Part shown: positions 51,133 to 62,702 of the stretch, one piece after another
Layout: the number at the start of each line of letters is the position of its first letter
How positions within the stretch are numbered: position 1 is the stretch's first letter
Assembly: GCA_965215015.1 (NCBI GenBank)
Contig: OZ244042.1
Coordinates: 5,440,001-5,504,000 of the forward strand
DNA from: Candidatus Poribacteria bacterium
GTDB lineage: Bacteria > Poribacteria > WGA-4E > PCPOR2b
Direction: 5' to 3'
DNA: 64,000 nucleotides
Made by a program: the position numbers and the translations under genes
The notes under the pieces: generated by a model
What the model saw: the letters and a program-made list of their open reading frames with translations, nothing else
Database searches by the model: none
Told to the model about the DNA's origin: nothing

Positions 51133-53112
51133 CTACAAATTGTCGACATAATATTCAGTTTCTTTCCGCTCTCGAACCATTTCGTTCCCTTCAAACAGAT
51201 CATAAGCAATTGTGCCTTGACTTTGCGCTGGGGGAGCGGCACCGAGGATATAACAAAACGTGGGGACAACATCAGCGGCGTGGATGTAACCGTGTGAATC
51301 ATAATCACGCTCATACCCTTTTTTGATTCCCGGTCCAGCTAATAAAAATGTTCCAAAGCTAGAGGAGAAGTCCTCGTTTCGGGTGGGAAGGAAGCCACCG
51401 TGATGTGCGCCATACACTTCGGGCGCACCGACCGCTCCACCACCGATGATACCCTTCCACTGACCGTAGTAACCGCTGACGTAACCATGGTCCCAAGCAA
51501 AAATGACATCGCCGCACTGATCCCCCCACTGACCAAGGAGGTAGGCATCTCGCTTCGGCAGCGCAATGGCAATAGGCGTACCTCCTACCTCTTCATCAAC
51601 CCACGTACGCAACGCTACCAGCAGTTCGCGCTCAATCTCGTCGAATGCCGGTCCCGCTTCAGCGTTGATGTAGATGTCGAAGCCTTTGTCATCCTTCAGA
51701 TAGGCGCGGGTCTGCTCCCAATCTATGTCCTCTTCCAGTACCTCATCGCGCGCAACACCCTCCGCACCCTTCTTTAGGACAGTGAATCCCTGATCGACGA
51801 GGAATTTCCGGATGTTAGCGATACGGATGTCGGGGTAGGCCCCATGGTCGCCGAGGACACCAACGTAAGTCTCGTCATCAGCAGTGTCCCAGATACGTCC
51901 CAAAATCCGGTCACCAACCTGATACGCCCGACGGAAGTAGTCCATCGCTATGTCTGCATTGTTTGGATCGTAGCCCGGACAGACAGGGTCTACATCGTTC
52001 AGATGGATATGGTTCAGGTAGTCGTAAAGATGCCAATGAGAAATAAAAAAGGAACACCCACGCTCACGTAGCATATAGTTGGCAACATCAGCGAACCAGA
52101 GCCCCTGATATTCGCACTCTTCAAGGGCAGTATCAAAATCCGCCATACCTGACGTATAAGGCGTCATAGAGGCGTGCTCCTGATAGGGCCCAAAGCGTTC
52201 AATAAGCTCTGCCGCGAGGTCATCTGGATAGGTGAATCCATCGGTATAGGTGACTTGTGAACGATAGAGTTTCAGATTCTTTCCATCAGGCGTGAGTTCC
52301 ATCAGCTTAAACCGAATTGACGCGTCCTGCTTTTGGCCATCGATCTGGAAGGGTTCAATCGCCCAATCACTCCATTGGCCAACATCTGTTTCGGCGACTT
52401 TGGTGCCGCCATCTTTTTTTCGGCAGATCCATACGCGATCATATCCCCGTCCACGACTGTCAACCACAAGGAGGTGGAAGGTGTTGATATCACCGCCGAG
52501 ACGCGCATGAATTTCGATTATGGATTCAAGGGGAGGCGATTGGCTCGGCGGAAGATTTTCCCAGCCGAGGGCAGGACGTAAGACCGGAATCGGTTGAACG
52601 CTGCGTTGCGTCCGACGGACAGCCGTCCCATCATGGTCCATCTCAACGGTAGCACCCTGATCGCTTGTCGTATAGGCTTGACAGGACGCCACCTCATAGT
52701 CGGTGCTGGCGTGGCCAGGGTGACCAAAGCCATCTACGACGAAACCGGATTTGATGCCCGATGGATGGGCGGCTGGGTAGTGGACAGCAACGCTCGTTTT
52801 GCCGGCACGTTCTAGAGCGTTCCAGATTCGCTCGGCATTCGGAGCGCGCCCATCGAAGCTGTTAATCCGTTCACCGGGGGCAACCTCCACACGCCAACGG
52901 GTGACGCCATGTGTCCCGGTGTGAGCACCGGTAGAAAGGGTTGCCCAATTCGTCGGCGTCCAGACCGGGAAGGATGGAAAGGTCTGGTTCACCGTGCCAT
53001 TTTTAAGCATCCTTTCAAAGTTTGGCAAACACCCTTCAGCAACAAATTTTTTCATCATCGGGACGATAAAACCATCCATCCCGTAGGCGTAGATTTTTTT
53101 ATACATAAGCAT
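51133..53112 (-). CDS. Alkaline phosphatase superfamily / nucleotide pyrophosphatase-phosphodiesterase
   Basis: GMDG, PVWTPTNW.T..TG...HG, D...H, GDHG, HGG, DVVPT. Confidence 0.85.
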   Translation of the reverse strand: MLMYKKIYAYGMDGFIVPMMKKFVAEGCLPNFERMLKNGTVNQTFPSFPVWTPTNWATLSTGAHTGTHGVTRWRVEVAPGERINSFDGRAPNAERIWNALERAGKTSVAVHYPAAHPSGIKSGFVVDGFGHPGHASTDYEVASCQAYTTSDQGATVEMDHDGTAVRRTQRSVQPIPVLRPALGWENLPPSQSPPLESIIEIHARLGGDINTFHLLVVDSRGRGYDRVWICRKKDGGTKVAETDVGQWSDWAIEPFQIDGQKQDASIRFKLMELTPDGKNLKLYRSQVTYTDGFTYPDDLAAELIERFGPYQEHASMTPYTSGMADFDTALEECEYQGLWFADVANYMLRERGCSFFISHWHLYDYLNHIHLNDVDPVCPGYDPNNADIAMDYFRRAYQVGDRILGRIWDTADDETYVGVLGDHGAYPDIRIANIRKFLVDQGFTVLKKGAEGVARDEVLEEDIDWEQTRAYLKDDKGFDIYINAEAGPAFDEIERELLVALRTWVDEEVGGTPIAIALPKRDAYLLGQWGDQCGDVIFAWDHGYVSGYYGQWKGIIGGGAVGAPEVYGAHHGGFLPTRNEDFSSSFGTFLLAGPGIKKGYERDYDSHGYIHAADVVPTFCYILGAAPPAQSQGTIAYDLFEGNEMVRERKETEYYVDNL

Positions 53113-53235
53113 CCCCTCTTTAGAACCTATAGATCATTGTAAAACTTCACCCTCGATTAATAGAAAAGCAGTCTGAGAAATTGAACGTATCTGTCAAGAA
53201 TTTATATGATAGTGTATCAGTCCTTTACCGTACTA

Positions 53236-53616
53236 CTAGGCAGGAACGCCGATCGAAGCGTGGATCTGAACAAACTTCCATGTTCCCTCCTCTTTTTCAA
53301 GTACACCCGTCAACCGTACTGCCAATTCTTCGGGAACGCCAAGCCACTGTAGTCGCCATATCTGCCGTGTGTAAAACCACGCTACATCTTCCCGTCCCTG
53401 AACGTCAAGATGTTCATACTCAATCGCAAGATTCGCTGCATTCGCGATAATCCTCTGATAATAATCCCTTGCGTTTTCACCGCCATCAATATGCTCCTCC
53501 GGCTCGGTGCCAATCTTCACATAGTAGTCAGCCAAAGACATCATCTTGATGAGCCGGTCTGTGTCTCCTGCGATGAGCGCGTCAAAGTAGGCTTTAACTG
53601 TTTGGTAGGCATCCAT
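53236..53616 (-). CDS. SnoaL/NTF2-like protein
   Basis: IGT...E, R.TGVLEK..G.WK.VQ.H.S. Confidence 0.85.
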   Translation of the reverse strand: MDAYQTVKAYFDALIAGDTDRLIKMMSLADYYVKIGTEPEEHIDGGENARDYYQRIIANAANLAIEYEHLDVQGREDVAWFYTRQIWRLQWLGVPEELAVRLTGVLEKEEGTWKFVQIHASIGVPA

Positions 53617-53636
53617 GATTGTTTTTTTACCGCCGA

Positions 53637-54905
53637 TTAGATTGTCAACACAACCTCAATTTCGTTTTTCCCCGCTTGCAGGTTAACCCGAATAAATAAT
53701 AGCCGATCACCTAACCACGTTACCTCTTGTGCATTCGAGGATACCAACGTAAGGCCGGCGTGATTCCCCCATACAGCTAATCCATACGGCATTGCCTTTG
53801 TAGATTCCAGCGTAAACTGCATCCGCAACTGGCTGCGCGAGCGCGAGGGACGAAACCGTTCAATCTGCGGTAGGTTCACCTCTGCACCGTTACGCGAACT
53901 AACCGGCGGCGAGATGTAGTTTGTCACCCGAATCGGCTCCAACCTACCTTCTTCAAAGACCAACTGACATTCGGCATCGTAATAGGAGAAGATTGATTTG
54001 CCCGAATCGGTTGATGCCTTCTCCTCACCCTCTATCTTGGGGTCAGTGAGCAGAAAAGTTGGCTGTGTCTGCTCACCCGTCTCTTGACATGCACGAACAA
54101 CATCGGGCAGCGACATAATCTGTGTTTTTGATGTCTCGCGTACGTAAGCCAGATATGTATCCAACTGATTGAGTTGTTCTGATGTCAGCGATGCAACCTC
54201 TACAGCATCAATTCGCTGGATATAAGCCAACCAACGGTTCCACGCTGCGTTTGCTGTATAGCAGTCGAATCCCTGCTGCACTGTTCCGTTTAATATTTGG
54301 GAGTGAGAACCGGTGCTCTCCATCTCTTCAGATCCATGGGGTGCCTGTGTAGGGAGGAGAGAAGTGTGCGGGATGCCGACAATTCGACTCGTGGAGACAC
54401 CGCAGAAATTGTGGCGATCTACTGACGGAAAGAAGCACCCAAACGGACAGCCTTCATCCCCTTCATCGTCCCAACCATACCCCCACAACCCAGCAAAACC
54501 AATCTGTGCTAAGGCATAAAGCAGCACATGATTTTTCTGTACCCCTCCTGCGATAATCGGATTCGCCCATTCGATTGCTCTTTGGACTTTCTCTTTTTCG
54601 GACAAGATATAATCCGGCAGCGTTTCGCGCATTGTCACGATATGCTCTGCGGCCCGGCTTAAGTCGTCGGAATCTATTCCCGATCCCCAAATTGGTGCGA
54701 TATCAACCATCAGCATCACTTCGTCGCCGTGGGATGTGTGCCATTCGGTTAAATCTGTGGCGAAGGCTCTTGCCGAAGTCGCCCCAACCCCCCATGTAAT
54801 AGGGATACCGTGTTTATGAGCGACTTCGGCGATGAGACGCATCCCCTGCCTTAACGTCCTTCGATTTTCGGCGATTACAGTGCTAACAAGGGAATAAGTC
54901 AACAT
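53637..54905 (-). CDS. Hypothetical protein, possibly a degenerate deacetylase/GH-like barrel
   Basis: Long ORF; H.HGIPITW..GDE and GLWG..W..GCP motifs; family not confidently recognised. Confidence 0.65.
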   Translation of the reverse strand: MLTYSLVSTVIAENRRTLRQGMRLIAEVAHKHGIPITWGVGATSARAFATDLTEWHTSHGDEVMLMVDIAPIWGSGIDSDDLSRAAEHIVTMRETLPDYILSEKEKVQRAIEWANPIIAGGVQKNHVLLYALAQIGFAGLWGYGWDDEGDEGCPFGCFFPSVDRHNFCGVSTSRIVGIPHTSLLPTQAPHGSEEMESTGSHSQILNGTVQQGFDCYTANAAWNRWLAYIQRIDAVEVASLTSEQLNQLDTYLAYVRETSKTQIMSLPDVVRACQETGEQTQPTFLLTDPKIEGEEKASTDSGKSIFSYYDAECQLVFEEGRLEPIRVTNYISPPVSSRNGAEVNLPQIERFRPSRSRSQLRMQFTLESTKAMPYGLAVWGNHAGLTLVSSNAQEVTWLGDRLLFIRVNLQAGKNEIEVVLTI

Positions 54906-54944
54906 AACGCCCCAAACTAGTACCTTTCCAAAAATGATAATGCA

Positions 54945-55489
54945 CTAACGTTTTGGCCCCTCAAGGAAAACGGTAACGCCCGGCTTGGCCAGTTTTCGCG
55001 CATTGATCACTGCGGAAACTAATTCTAACTGCATCCAGAGGAGGCTGTATTGATTCCACCAATTTGCGTATTCCGAGCGATTGCCCCGATTGACCATCCC
55101 TTTCCGGCTGCCCCCGTCTGCGCTACGGATGCCGATCTGCGGGTAGTAAAACCCAGTGACTGCTTTCTCAACCGTTGATTCCAGTTCTACTTGAGGCACT
55201 TCCACCCCCGATGGTCCCAAATCAACGGAGTTGCCGATAAGGTAAGCGTTACGGGTGTGCTTAATCCGAAAATGAACCGGTATATCAAGCGAGTCCGCAA
55301 TGCAATATTGTAATACTCCACCAACAGCCTCGCGTCATATGCCGCATGCTGGCTATCCGCCATGACATAATCGTAATGGTCTTTATTTATAATCGCTTTC
55401 ATCTCATCCCGATTCGCCGATGCCGGTACGCTTACACCGTAAATCAACTCCCCATCATGAATACGCTGTTTCAATTTTTTTGCTGACAT
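54945..55489 (-). pseudogene. HpcH/HpaI aldolase-family pseudogene
   Basis: KLKQRI..GE..G and DSQH in one frame; RIKHTR.AYLIGN..DLGP.GVEVPQVE and LWMQLE in another; C-terminally truncated. Confidence 0.8.
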
Positions 55490-55530
55490 CTTATGTTTGT
55501 TAAGTGAAAGATCTTAAGAGTTACCCTAAT

Positions 55531-55559
55531 ATTATAAACCTTCTCGAATTTTCCGTCAA
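55531..55559 (-). promoter_or_regulatory. sigma70-type promoter
   Basis: TTGACG-17-TATAAT upstream of the aldolase pseudogene. Confidence 0.7.
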
Positions 55560-55980
55560 CGCCTTTCTATTTTTAAAACGCACTGACTGAAGATGCCGAA
55601 AGCCATTAACTTAACGCAAGTTTGAGGTAGGGAATGAAACACAGGCACAAGTTGAGAACAACATTTTGCACGATTATTTCCCTTGAAACTGCCCGATATC
55701 TGTGTTACAATCTGACGTTCCTGAAATTATATAATGCGGTGATTGTAGAGTATACTAAGGCAATCTGCCTCAACCCCAATAATGACTCAACCGACCTCGG
55801 GGAGTTCAAAGTACAAGCTAGATCGCATTCGGGAGGCAAAACAGGATTTTCAAATTGCATTGAAACTCGTTGAGTAGGTTGGCGGTGAGCATCTCAAAGC
55901 CTATATTAAGCCGCTCCTTCAAAAGATTGACTAAGATGCACAGATTATACCCCAAAGGTTGGAATGAGGATGGTTATCCG

Positions 55981-57243
55981 ATGAACAGAGCACTGAGTGA
56001 AGTTGACCCACAGATTGTCCAGATCATGCTTCAAGATCTGGACCGGCTGCAAAATTGTCTGACCCTAATCCCTTCGGAAAATTATGTAAGTCGGGCGGTC
56101 ATGCAGATGCAGGCAAGTGTCCTGACGAGTAAATATGCTGAAGGAACGCCTGGTGCACGTTACTACAACGGTTGTGCAGCCGCAGATGGCGTGGAAAGCC
56201 TCGCAATCGAGCGGGCAAAGCAGCTTTTCGGTGTCGATCATGTCAACGTTCAACCGCACGCAGGAAATTTAGCCAATATGGCAGCGTACCAAGGGCTGCT
56301 TATGCAGGGTGATACAATTCTGTCGATGAAACTGGATCACGGCGGTCATCTGAGCCATGGGCTTCCTCAGAACTTTTCAGGTAAGTATTACAACGTAGTG
56401 TCTTATGGTGTTGACCCGGAAACAGAACAGATTAACATCAATACAATCGCCGAACTTGCGAAAGCACATCAGCCCAAGCTAATTATTGTGGGCGGTAGTG
56501 CTTATCCACGCTGGTTCCATTTTGCAGAGTGGCGAGAAGTTGCTGATTCCGTCGGTGCGTATTTGATGGCGGACATCGCGCATATTGCTGGCCTCATTGC
56601 CGCAGGTGCACATCCGGATCCGGTGCCTTACTGCGATGTAGTCACTACAACGACCCACAAAACGTTGCGCGGCCCCCGCGGCGCAATTGTTATGTGCCGT
56701 AATGAACTGGCAGAAACGATCGATCGCGCGGTATTTCCGGGGATACAAGGTGGTCCTTTTATGCACACAATCGCAGCGAAGGCGGTTGCCTTCAAAGAAG
56801 CGATGGAACCCGATTTCAAAGCATATCAGAAACAGGTTGTGAAGAACGCCAAAGCACTCGCCAACGCACTGATGGACAACGGGTTTCGCTTGGTAAGCGG
56901 CGGCACGGACAACCACCTCATGCTGATTGATTTAACCACAACATACAAGCAGTTGAGTGGACGGCAAGCCGCAGACCACCTTGAGAACGCAGGCATTATT
57001 GTCAACAAAAATACAATTCCGTTGGATAAACGATCTGCGACCACAACAAGTGGCATTCGCCTCGGCACTCCGATGATAACAGGACGCGGCATGAAAGAGG
57101 CGGAGATGCAGGGGGTTGCCGATTTGATAACGGAAACCCTTGAGGGGCGCAGAAGCGCGCAAACCAAGCAGGGTGTGAGGGAGAAGGTGCGCGATCTTTG
57201 TGAGCAATTTCCAATCTACGAAGATCTGAATCTATGGACGTAA
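55981..57243 (+). CDS. glyA: Serine hydroxymethyltransferase
   Basis: [52 protein letters not shown]. Confidence 0.97.
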   Translation: MNRALSEVDPQIVQIMLQDLDRLQNCLTLIPSENYVSRAVMQMQASVLTSKYAEGTPGARYYNGCAAADGVESLAIERAKQLFGVDHVNVQPHAGNLANMAAYQGLLMQGDTILSMKLDHGGHLSHGLPQNFSGKYYNVVSYGVDPETEQININTIAELAKAHQPKLIIVGGSAYPRWFHFAEWREVADSVGAYLMADIAHIAGLIAAGAHPDPVPYCDVVTTTTHKTLRGPRGAIVMCRNELAETIDRAVFPGIQGGPFMHTIAAKAVAFKEAMEPDFKAYQKQVVKNAKALANALMDNGFRLVSGGTDNHLMLIDLTTTYKQLSGRQAADHLENAGIIVNKNTIPLDKRSATTTSGIRLGTPMITGRGMKEAEMQGVADLITETLEGRRSAQTKQGVREKVRDLCEQFPIYEDLNLWT

Positions 57244-57249
57244 ATAAAA

Positions 57250-58584
57250 TTGAATTACCAAGCCGCTCTCGCCTATATCGATACATTCATTAATTCCGAG
57301 AGAAGCCCTGACTTCTCAAGACAGGCACGTTTTTACAATCTCGAACGTATCTCTCGCCTGCTAGCGCAGTTGGGGGATCCGCATCGCCGCTTGAAGGTCG
57401 TTCATGTGGCCGGTAGCAAAGGGAAGGGATCAACAGCAGCACTGATCGCTTCGATCCTTATACACGCCGGTTACAAGACAGGCTTGTTTACACAACCTCA
57501 CCTAATTACCCCGCGTGAACGGTGCAGGATTAACTCCCGGCTCATTTCAGAGGAGGAATTTGCGCGATACATTGACCGTCTCAAGCCGTCAATTGAAGCG
57601 ATGGCGGAGTTGGAATCAATTGGGCGCGTCTCGTTCTTCGAGATTTATACAGCTCTTGCCTTCTCCTACTTTGCGGACAAGACTGTTGACTTTGCGGTTA
57701 TCGAAGTAGGGCTCGGTGGGCGGCTGGATGCAACAAACGTAGTGGATCCGCTCGTAAGCGTTATTACGCCGATTAGCTTGGAGCACACAGCAATACTTGG
57801 AGATACGCACGAAGCGATAGCAAAAGAAAAAGCGGAGATTATAAAATCCAACCGCCCGGTTGTGTTAGCACCACAACTCTCCCGATCTATCGGGACGGTG
57901 TTTGAAGCTGTCGCTGCAGATCGGGATGCACCGATGGCTGAGGTTGGGCGCGATATTCACCTGAAACGCAAGAACCGGGACATCAATGGACAGACGTTTG
58001 ATCTGACAACACAGGCGGCGTTTTATCCAGACCTCTTTTTACCGTTGCTGGGTGAACACCAAGCAATCAACGCAGCAACTGCTATCGGTTGTATCGAGCG
58101 CATTCGTCAGGAAGGATATAATGTTCCCCGGACCAGTATCTATGACGGACTGAGAGAAGTTCGTTGGGGTGGTCGGATGCAGGTCGTCGGCCAGTCACCT
58201 GTTATTTTGCTGGATGGCGCACATTCCCCAACCTCAGCGGAGGCATTGTGCAAAGCCATCCATGAGGTTTTCTGCTATCAGCATCTGATTCTTGTTGTGG
58301 GCTTAATGCGGGACAAAGACCTGCAAGCCATCGGTCGGGTCTTGTGTCCATTTGCAGATGAAATTATTGCAACGCAGGCATTTGATAATCCGCGTGTCAC
58401 GCCTGCCGAAGAAATTGTACAGGCATGGTCAGAAATCGAGGCAAATTTCCATGTCTGTCCGAGCGTCCGTGAGGCGATACCGTTGGCGCAATCTATCGCC
58501 ACGCCCTCGGATCTAATCTGCATCGCAGGTTCTATCTATATTGTCGGAGAAGCGATGAAGGTACTTGGTATAGATGAAACGTAA
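57250..58584 (+). CDS. folC: Folylpolyglutamate/dihydrofolate synthase
   Basis: HVAGSKGKGS, FFE, EVGLGGRLDATN, IA.EKA.I, LDGAH, GS.Y.VG. Confidence 0.95.
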   Translation: MNYQAALAYIDTFINSERSPDFSRQARFYNLERISRLLAQLGDPHRRLKVVHVAGSKGKGSTAALIASILIHAGYKTGLFTQPHLITPRERCRINSRLISEEEFARYIDRLKPSIEAMAELESIGRVSFFEIYTALAFSYFADKTVDFAVIEVGLGGRLDATNVVDPLVSVITPISLEHTAILGDTHEAIAKEKAEIIKSNRPVVLAPQLSRSIGTVFEAVAADRDAPMAEVGRDIHLKRKNRDINGQTFDLTTQAAFYPDLFLPLLGEHQAINAATAIGCIERIRQEGYNVPRTSIYDGLREVRWGGRMQVVGQSPVILLDGAHSPTSAEALCKAIHEVFCYQHLILVVGLMRDKDLQAIGRVLCPFADEIIATQAFDNPRVTPAEEIVQAWSEIEANFHVCPSVREAIPLAQSIATPSDLICIAGSIYIVGEAMKVLGIDET

Positions 58585-58690
58585 AATTGTAGGGCGCAGG
58601 TCTTGTGCCTGCCCAAAGTGGGCAACCACAAGTTGCTTTGAATCCCGGGGCCATCGGGGGGTTGCCCCTACTTTTATAAGGAGATGTTTT

Positions 58691-61048
58691 ATGCTTGAAA
58701 CAGTTGTCAACTGGCTCCGTGAAAGGAGCCGTGGATGTTTAGTTTTTCTCACTTCGTGGATGGGAATGGCAGTTGCAAATTCCGCCTTCGCACAATCAGA
58801 ATCTCTCCCCCCCTTACCCCCTGCGTGGTGGCTTGTCCCAATCGGTTCACTGATCGCTTTAGGATTCGCATTTGTCTTCTATAAATCGGTCATGCGACAG
58901 AGTGAAGGCACAGATGTGATGCGGGAAATCGCCCAAGCGGTCCGTGAGGGAGCAATGGCTTACTTGAAACAGCAGTATAAAGTGGTAGGAGTTGTTTTCG
59001 TTGTACTATGCGTTATCTTCCTCCTCATGGCTTTCGGGTTGAATGCCCAAAACAAGGTTGTGCCCTTTGCGTTTTTGACGGGCGGATTCTTCTCAGGGCT
59101 TTGTGGTTTTCTTGGCATGAAGACTGCAACCAACGCATCGGCTCGTACGACAAGTGCCGCGATGGAGGGACTTAACTCCGGTTTACGAATCTCTTTCCGC
59201 GCTGGTGCAGTGATGGGATTGGTGGTTGTCGGCTTTGCTCTGTTGGATATCGCCGGTTGGTTTCTGATTCTTTACTACCTTTTTCCAAAGATGTTTCCGG
59301 GCTTCTTGGGCGCAAATCCGCTTCCTCAGATTACCGTAATCATGCTCAGTTTCGGTATGGGGGCATCGACACAGGCACTTTTTGCGCGTGTCGGTGGCGG
59401 TATCTACACCAAAGCCGCTGATGTCGGTGCTGACCTTGTAGGGAAAGTGGAAGCTGGCATCCCTGAAGATGATCCCCGTAACCCCGCCGTGATCGCGGAT
59501 AACGTCGGCGATAATGTTGGCGATGTAGCGGGAATGGGAGCAGACCTATACGAATCTTATGCGGGATCTATTCTTGCCACTGCTGCCCTCGGTGTTGCGG
59601 CGGTGGCGTCGAAAGACCACGGTAACATCGCACTTCAGTTGAAATATCTCTCCGCACCGATGATTATTGCGGGGATCGGTGTTATCCTCTCAATCTTGGG
59701 GATTTACATGGTTCGCACGAAAGAAGGTGCCACGATGCGCCAATTGATGGGTTCACTCAACCTCGGCATCAACGGAAGTGCGGTCGGCATTGCTATTTGC
59801 GCGATTCCGGTGTTGTGGATTCTTGACCTCCCGAACAGGTGGCAAATTTGGGGGGCCATTGTGGCAGGCTTAGCCGCCGGTCTAATTATTGGCAAGGTGA
59901 CAGAGGTCTTTACCTCCCACGATTATAGTCCCACACGCGCCATTGCCAAACAAGCGGAGACGGGCCCCGCAACGGTCATCATCGAAGGAATCGCTGTGGG
60001 CATGGAATCCACCGCAATACCCGTGATAACAGTTATCGGTGCCGTTGCTATCAGTTTCTACCTGCCGGGTGGAGCCACGAATACGTTGATGGGACTCTAT
60101 GGCGTCGGTATCGCCGCGGTGGGTATGCTCGCAACGCTTGGTATCACACTAGCGACTGACGCGTATGGGCCAATCGCAGATAATGCAGGCGGTAACGCTG
60201 AAATGTCTGAACTTGATCCGAGTGTCCGTCAGCGCACAGATCAACTCGACGCACTTGGCAATACAACCGCAGCAACCGGGAAGGGGTTCGCCATCGGGTC
60301 TGCTGCATTGACTGCCCTCGCGCTTCTCGCCGCTTATCTTGAGGAGGTTCGGTTTGGACTGATCCATATGGCGGGCCAAGACCAACTAAACATTCCCGGC
60401 GAAGGCATGGTTGATACCGTCAAGGTCAGCATTGCCCAGTTCATGTCTTACTACAATGTAACTCTGATGAATCCCAAGGTGTTAATTGGTCTGTTTATCG
60501 GCGCAGTGATGGCGTTTTACTTCTGTGCTTTAACGATGAAAGCGGTTGGTCGTGCCGCCGGTGCGATGGTGCAGGAAGTGCGTCGTCAATTCCGCGAACG
60601 CCCCGGTATCATGAAACGTGAAGAAAAACCGGATTACGCCCGATGCGTCGCCATCTCGACCATCGGAGCGCAAAGAGAGATGATTCTTCCGTCGCTGATT
60701 GCTATTATTGTCCCGGTGGTTGTTGGGTTGGTCTTCAATGTTGCAGGCGTTCTCGGTTTGCTTGCCGGTGGTTTAGCGACCGGATTTGTGCTTGCAGTGA
60801 TGATGGCAAACGCCGGTGGCGCGTGGGACAACGCAAAAAAATACATCGAGGGTGGGGAATACGGCGGTAAAGGTTCTGACAACCACAACGCAACCGTTGT
60901 CGGCGATACCGTTGGTGATCCGTTCAAGGATACATCAGGACCGTCGCTCAATATCCTCATCAAACTCATGTCAATGGTGTCGGTGGTATTCGCAGGATTA
61001 ATTGCGAAATATGGTGATGTGATCGGTGGCTTGTTAGGAATGGGATAA
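58691..61048 (+). CDS. hppA: Membrane-bound K+-dependent cation-translocating pyrophosphatase
   Basis: GGGIYTKAADVGADLVGKVE, EDDPRN, DNVGDNVGD, GNTTAA, GDTVGDPFKD. Confidence 0.96.
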   Translation: MLETVVNWLRERSRGCLVFLTSWMGMAVANSAFAQSESLPPLPPAWWLVPIGSLIALGFAFVFYKSVMRQSEGTDVMREIAQAVREGAMAYLKQQYKVVGVVFVVLCVIFLLMAFGLNAQNKVVPFAFLTGGFFSGLCGFLGMKTATNASARTTSAAMEGLNSGLRISFRAGAVMGLVVVGFALLDIAGWFLILYYLFPKMFPGFLGANPLPQITVIMLSFGMGASTQALFARVGGGIYTKAADVGADLVGKVEAGIPEDDPRNPAVIADNVGDNVGDVAGMGADLYESYAGSILATAALGVAAVASKDHGNIALQLKYLSAPMIIAGIGVILSILGIYMVRTKEGATMRQLMGSLNLGINGSAVGIAICAIPVLWILDLPNRWQIWGAIVAGLAAGLIIGKVTEVFTSHDYSPTRAIAKQAETGPATVIIEGIAVGMESTAIPVITVIGAVAISFYLPGGATNTLMGLYGVGIAAVGMLATLGITLATDAYGPIADNAGGNAEMSELDPSVRQRTDQLDALGNTTAATGKGFAIGSAALTALALLAAYLEEVRFGLIHMAGQDQLNIPGEGMVDTVKVSIAQFMSYYNVTLMNPKVLIGLFIGAVMAFYFCALTMKAVGRAAGAMVQEVRRQFRERPGIMKREEKPDYARCVAISTIGAQREMILPSLIAIIVPVVVGLVFNVAGVLGLLAGGLATGFVLAVMMANAGGAWDNAKKYIEGGEYGGKGSDNHNATVVGDTVGDPFKDTSGPSLNILIKLMSMVSVVFAGLIAKYGDVIGGLLGMG

Positions 61049-61261
61049 GAAAGAATGAAAGTGAGAAAATGGGCAGGTGTGAAAGGGTGAAGAAGCCTTA
61101 GTACGTAAAATCGAACACAAACTTGCAAAGAGCAATTATAAAAAAACTTTGCGTCTCTGCGTTCTTGCGTTTGATTTTCACCCTTACTTTCTCCCCATCT
61201 CCCTTTCTTTTTTACTTTTTTAAATTCAGGGATGAACCGCTAGCTTCCAAAGGTTCAAAAA

Positions 61262-62641
61262 ATGTTTAAGAAAATCTTAATTGCAAATCGTGGTGAAATC
61301 GCGCTTAGGATTATCCGTGCCTGTCGGGACATGGGTATCAAGACCGTTGCCATCTATTCAACCGTCGACAAGGATTCACTGCATGTCAAATATGCGGACG
61401 AAGCCTATTGTATCGGACCACCCGCTTCAATGGAAAGCTATCTCAGACCCCCGAACATTATTACCGTCGCCGAGTTGACGGACGTCGACGCCATCCATCC
61501 CGGTGCAGGGTTTTTATCCGAGGATGCACAATTTGCCGAAATCTGCCAAGCCCACGAGATTACCTTCATCGGTCCAACGGCAGAGAATCTGAGAACAATG
61601 GGCGACAAGGCAGAGGCACGGGAAACAATGTCGAAAGCGGGGCTCAAGTTGGTGCCGGGAAGCGGCAGCATTCGGCGGCGACTTCGGAGGAACGTCAGAA
61701 AAGGCTTGGTTGAAAGTGCTGAAGAAGCAGTCGAAATCGCAGAAAAGATTGGCTATCCGGTTGGTATCAAAGCGGTTGCTGGCGGCGGTGGACGCGGCAT
61801 CCGAATCGCGTATGACAGCACCAGCTTGATGGACTTCTTTCACACGGTCAGAGCAGAAGCACAGTCTGCGTTTGGCAGCACTGAAGTTTACGTTGAGAAG
61901 TGGATTGAGAATGCCCGCCACATTGAAGTCCAGATTTTGGCGGATAATCACGGGAATGTCATCCATCTCGGTGAACGGGAATGTTCCATCCAGCATAAGC
62001 ATCAAAAACTGGTTGAGGAAGCCCCCGCCTCGTCTCTATCGTCGAAGGCGCGTCAGGGCATCTGCAGGACCGCCGCTAAAGCCGCAAAATCAATTGGCTA
62101 TAGCAATGTCGGAACTATTGAGTTTGTTGTTGATTCTGAGGAGGAATTTTACTTCTTGGAGATGAACACGCGTATCCAAGTCGAGCATACGGTGACAGAG
62201 ATGACCACGGGAATTGATTTGCTCAAGGAGCAGATTCGACTGGCATGGGGTGAAGAACTTGGATATAGCCAATCGGACGTGGAGGTGAATGGACATGCCA
62301 TCGAGTGTCGGATTAATGCGGAAGACCCCGATAACGGTCTCACCCCTTCCCCAGGGACGGTTGAAGCATATCTGCCGCCGGGGGGTATTGGCATCCGTGT
62401 AGATGGCTACCTTTACCCCGGCTACGCTGTGCCACCCTATTACGATTCCTTAGTCGCGAAACTAATCGCCCACGGTAGAGATCGAGCGGAAGCAGTTGCA
62501 CGCATGAGGCGGGCTTTGGATGAGTTTACTATTGAAGGCATTAAGACAGCCATCCCGCTCCACCGAAAGATTATGGACGATGAACGCTTTCTGAATGCAC
62601 AGGTCTTTACCAACTTTTTGGATTCCGGATTCGCTTGGTAA
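61262..62641 (+). CDS. accC: Biotin carboxylase
   Basis: [42 protein letters not shown]. Confidence 0.96.
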   Translation: MFKKILIANRGEIALRIIRACRDMGIKTVAIYSTVDKDSLHVKYADEAYCIGPPASMESYLRPPNIITVAELTDVDAIHPGAGFLSEDAQFAEICQAHEITFIGPTAENLRTMGDKAEARETMSKAGLKLVPGSGSIRRRLRRNVRKGLVESAEEAVEIAEKIGYPVGIKAVAGGGGRGIRIAYDSTSLMDFFHTVRAEAQSAFGSTEVYVEKWIENARHIEVQILADNHGNVIHLGERECSIQHKHQKLVEEAPASSLSSKARQGICRTAAKAAKSIGYSNVGTIEFVVDSEEEFYFLEMNTRIQVEHTVTEMTTGIDLLKEQIRLAWGEELGYSQSDVEVNGHAIECRINAEDPDNGLTPSPGTVEAYLPPGGIGIRVDGYLYPGYAVPPYYDSLVAKLIAHGRDRAEAVARMRRALDEFTIEGIKTAIPLHRKIMDDERFLNAQVFTNFLDSGFAW

Positions 62642-62702
62642 AACCCTTTCTGCTTACCCCAAACTATAGTGCTACTGTTCCACTCCGTCGAGAGTATAAT
62701 CC

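Noticed and set aside
55725-55795. TPR-like fragment YNAVIVEYTKAICLNPN
   Set aside because: Too short; at most a gene remnant.
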